64,000 nucleotides of DNA from contig CATNEN010000011.1 of the NCBI GenBank assembly GCA_950097015.1, positions 4,774,001 through 4,838,000 of the forward strand, given 5' to 3'. The translations under genes were made by a program, and so were the position numbers. Positions 63,601 through 64,000 of this stretch are shown piece by piece. Source of the stretch: Macrostomum hystrix. Taxonomy: Eukaryota > Animalia > Platyhelminthes. The notes beneath the pieces are model-generated. The model was not told the origin of the DNA and did not search any database. It saw only the letters and a program-made list of their open reading frames with translations. Position 1 is the first letter of the stretch. Every line of letters starts with the position of its first letter.

Positions 63601-64000
63601 TAAATTAGAAAATTAGGTGCCTGATATTAGCTGGGATTCGAACTCAAGACCTCTTGAAAATAGTGAAAATCACCTTTAAACTCTTAAGAGTGAATGCGAC
63701 TGCGTCTTTCAAAGCGTCCAGATGCTCCTGCTGAAGGTAGGTACCGCGAAATTGAGCAGTGACATTGGCGGCCGAAGTTTTCGATAAGCCGCTGGGCACT
63801 CCAGCTTGAGCAGCCGATGCAGACGAAGCCGGCTTAGCTGTAGATGACGTCGCGGTGGCAGCGGCGGCAGTGGCAGCGGCGTGAGCGGATTGCATAACAT
63901 ACTGAATCTTGTGAATGCCATAGTCTAGGATGACAGGCTCATCAGGATTGGTCACCTCTTTGCGAGTGATCACATTGCCGTGCGAATCACTCAGGACAAC
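54650..64000 (-). CDS. LRWD1: LRWD1/ORCA-like LRR + WD40 protein with a long N-terminal extension, 5'-truncated. Exons 64000-63674, 63197-62859, 62194-61475, 60861-60550, 58891-58120, 57387-56755, 56037-55253, 54970-54650.
   Basis: LRRs (VTSLNLSGLGL, LRQLDLSENALQFLP, QFPLLEELK, PRLRMINGR) and WD40 motifs (HFIRCHSK, VWRCAFEP, VATCGGDSVCLIDCDTGKV, ILAAAG, CGDNEGNIWMYD, AVTDNNLVCIWK) match LRWD1. Phases are consistent (4209 nt in the window). Confidence 0.88.
55055..55205. repeat. 32-bp purine-rich repeat GAGAGAAGAGACAGGGGAGAGATAAACCAGGT in the last LRWD1 intron
   Basis: About 5 units. Confidence 0.92.
56330..56610. repeat. 23-bp repeat GGGATTGAGGATTTACTAATAAT in an LRWD1 intron
   Basis: About 12 variant units plus degenerate flanks. 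Confidence 0.92.
57655..57900. repeat. Degenerate 20/21-bp repeat GATTGGGATTATCGTAGCCT in an LRWD1 intron
   Basis: About 12 variant units. Confidence 0.88.
58925..60350. repeat. 30-bp minisatellite GATAACTGAATATTGAGCTCAGTTGATAGG in an LRWD1 intron
   Basis: About 47 units; the right half is perfectly homogeneous. Source of the 478-aa FSYPYQLSSI ORF. Confidence 0.98.
60970..61362. repeat. 21-bp minisatellite GAGGATCTGGTGGCTAAAGCT in an LRWD1 intron
   Basis: About 18 units. Confidence 0.95.
62225..62660. repeat. 30-bp minisatellite GAGGATCTGTGAGGATGATTATCCTGATGA in an LRWD1 intron
   Basis: About 12 units plus degenerate tail. Confidence 0.95.
63240..63430 (-). mobile_element. tRNA-derived CORE-SINE-like copy (family 1) in an LRWD1 intron
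   Basis: The minus strand has B-box-like GAGTTTCGATTCCC, then TTCAGTTTTCCCAGCTGTTAAATGGG...CCCAGTCCATGGAC, shared with 25261-25345. Confidence 0.62.

Overview
Gene-dense animal genomic DNA with spliceosomal introns, GC-rich exons and poly-Gln/Ala tracts. About 27 minisatellite or low-complexity arrays cover roughly 23% of the window, mostly inside introns. This style resembles the flatworm Macrostomum, but that is an inference. Eight spliced gene models were assembled by hand with consistent phases: SoxD (+, 5' part outside the window), a small RING/TRAF-type zinc-finger gene (+), kanadaptin/SLC4A1AP (-), triokinase/FMN cyclase TKFC (-), pirin (+), an intronless orphan class A GPCR (+), a KIF28-like kinesin-3 (+), and LRWD1/ORCA (-, 5' part outside the window). 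Mobile DNA comprises an intact DD34D mariner with unusually long 201-bp TIRs and copies of two tRNA-derived SINE families. The main highlights are: (1) an AT-AC U12-type minor intron that is required to build the kinesin RPFNDRE motif; (2) a TKFC gene with no ATG of its own, whose splice acceptor is exactly in phase for an AUG donated by a trans-spliced leader; (3) an LRWD1 reading frame fused to two NAB NCD2-like domains; (4) a C-terminal CaaX box on the kinesin; (5) dispersed minisatellites of different unit length that share hairpin-forming or splice-signal-like cores. There is no CRISPR array, and most long ORFs in the supplied track are repeat artefacts.
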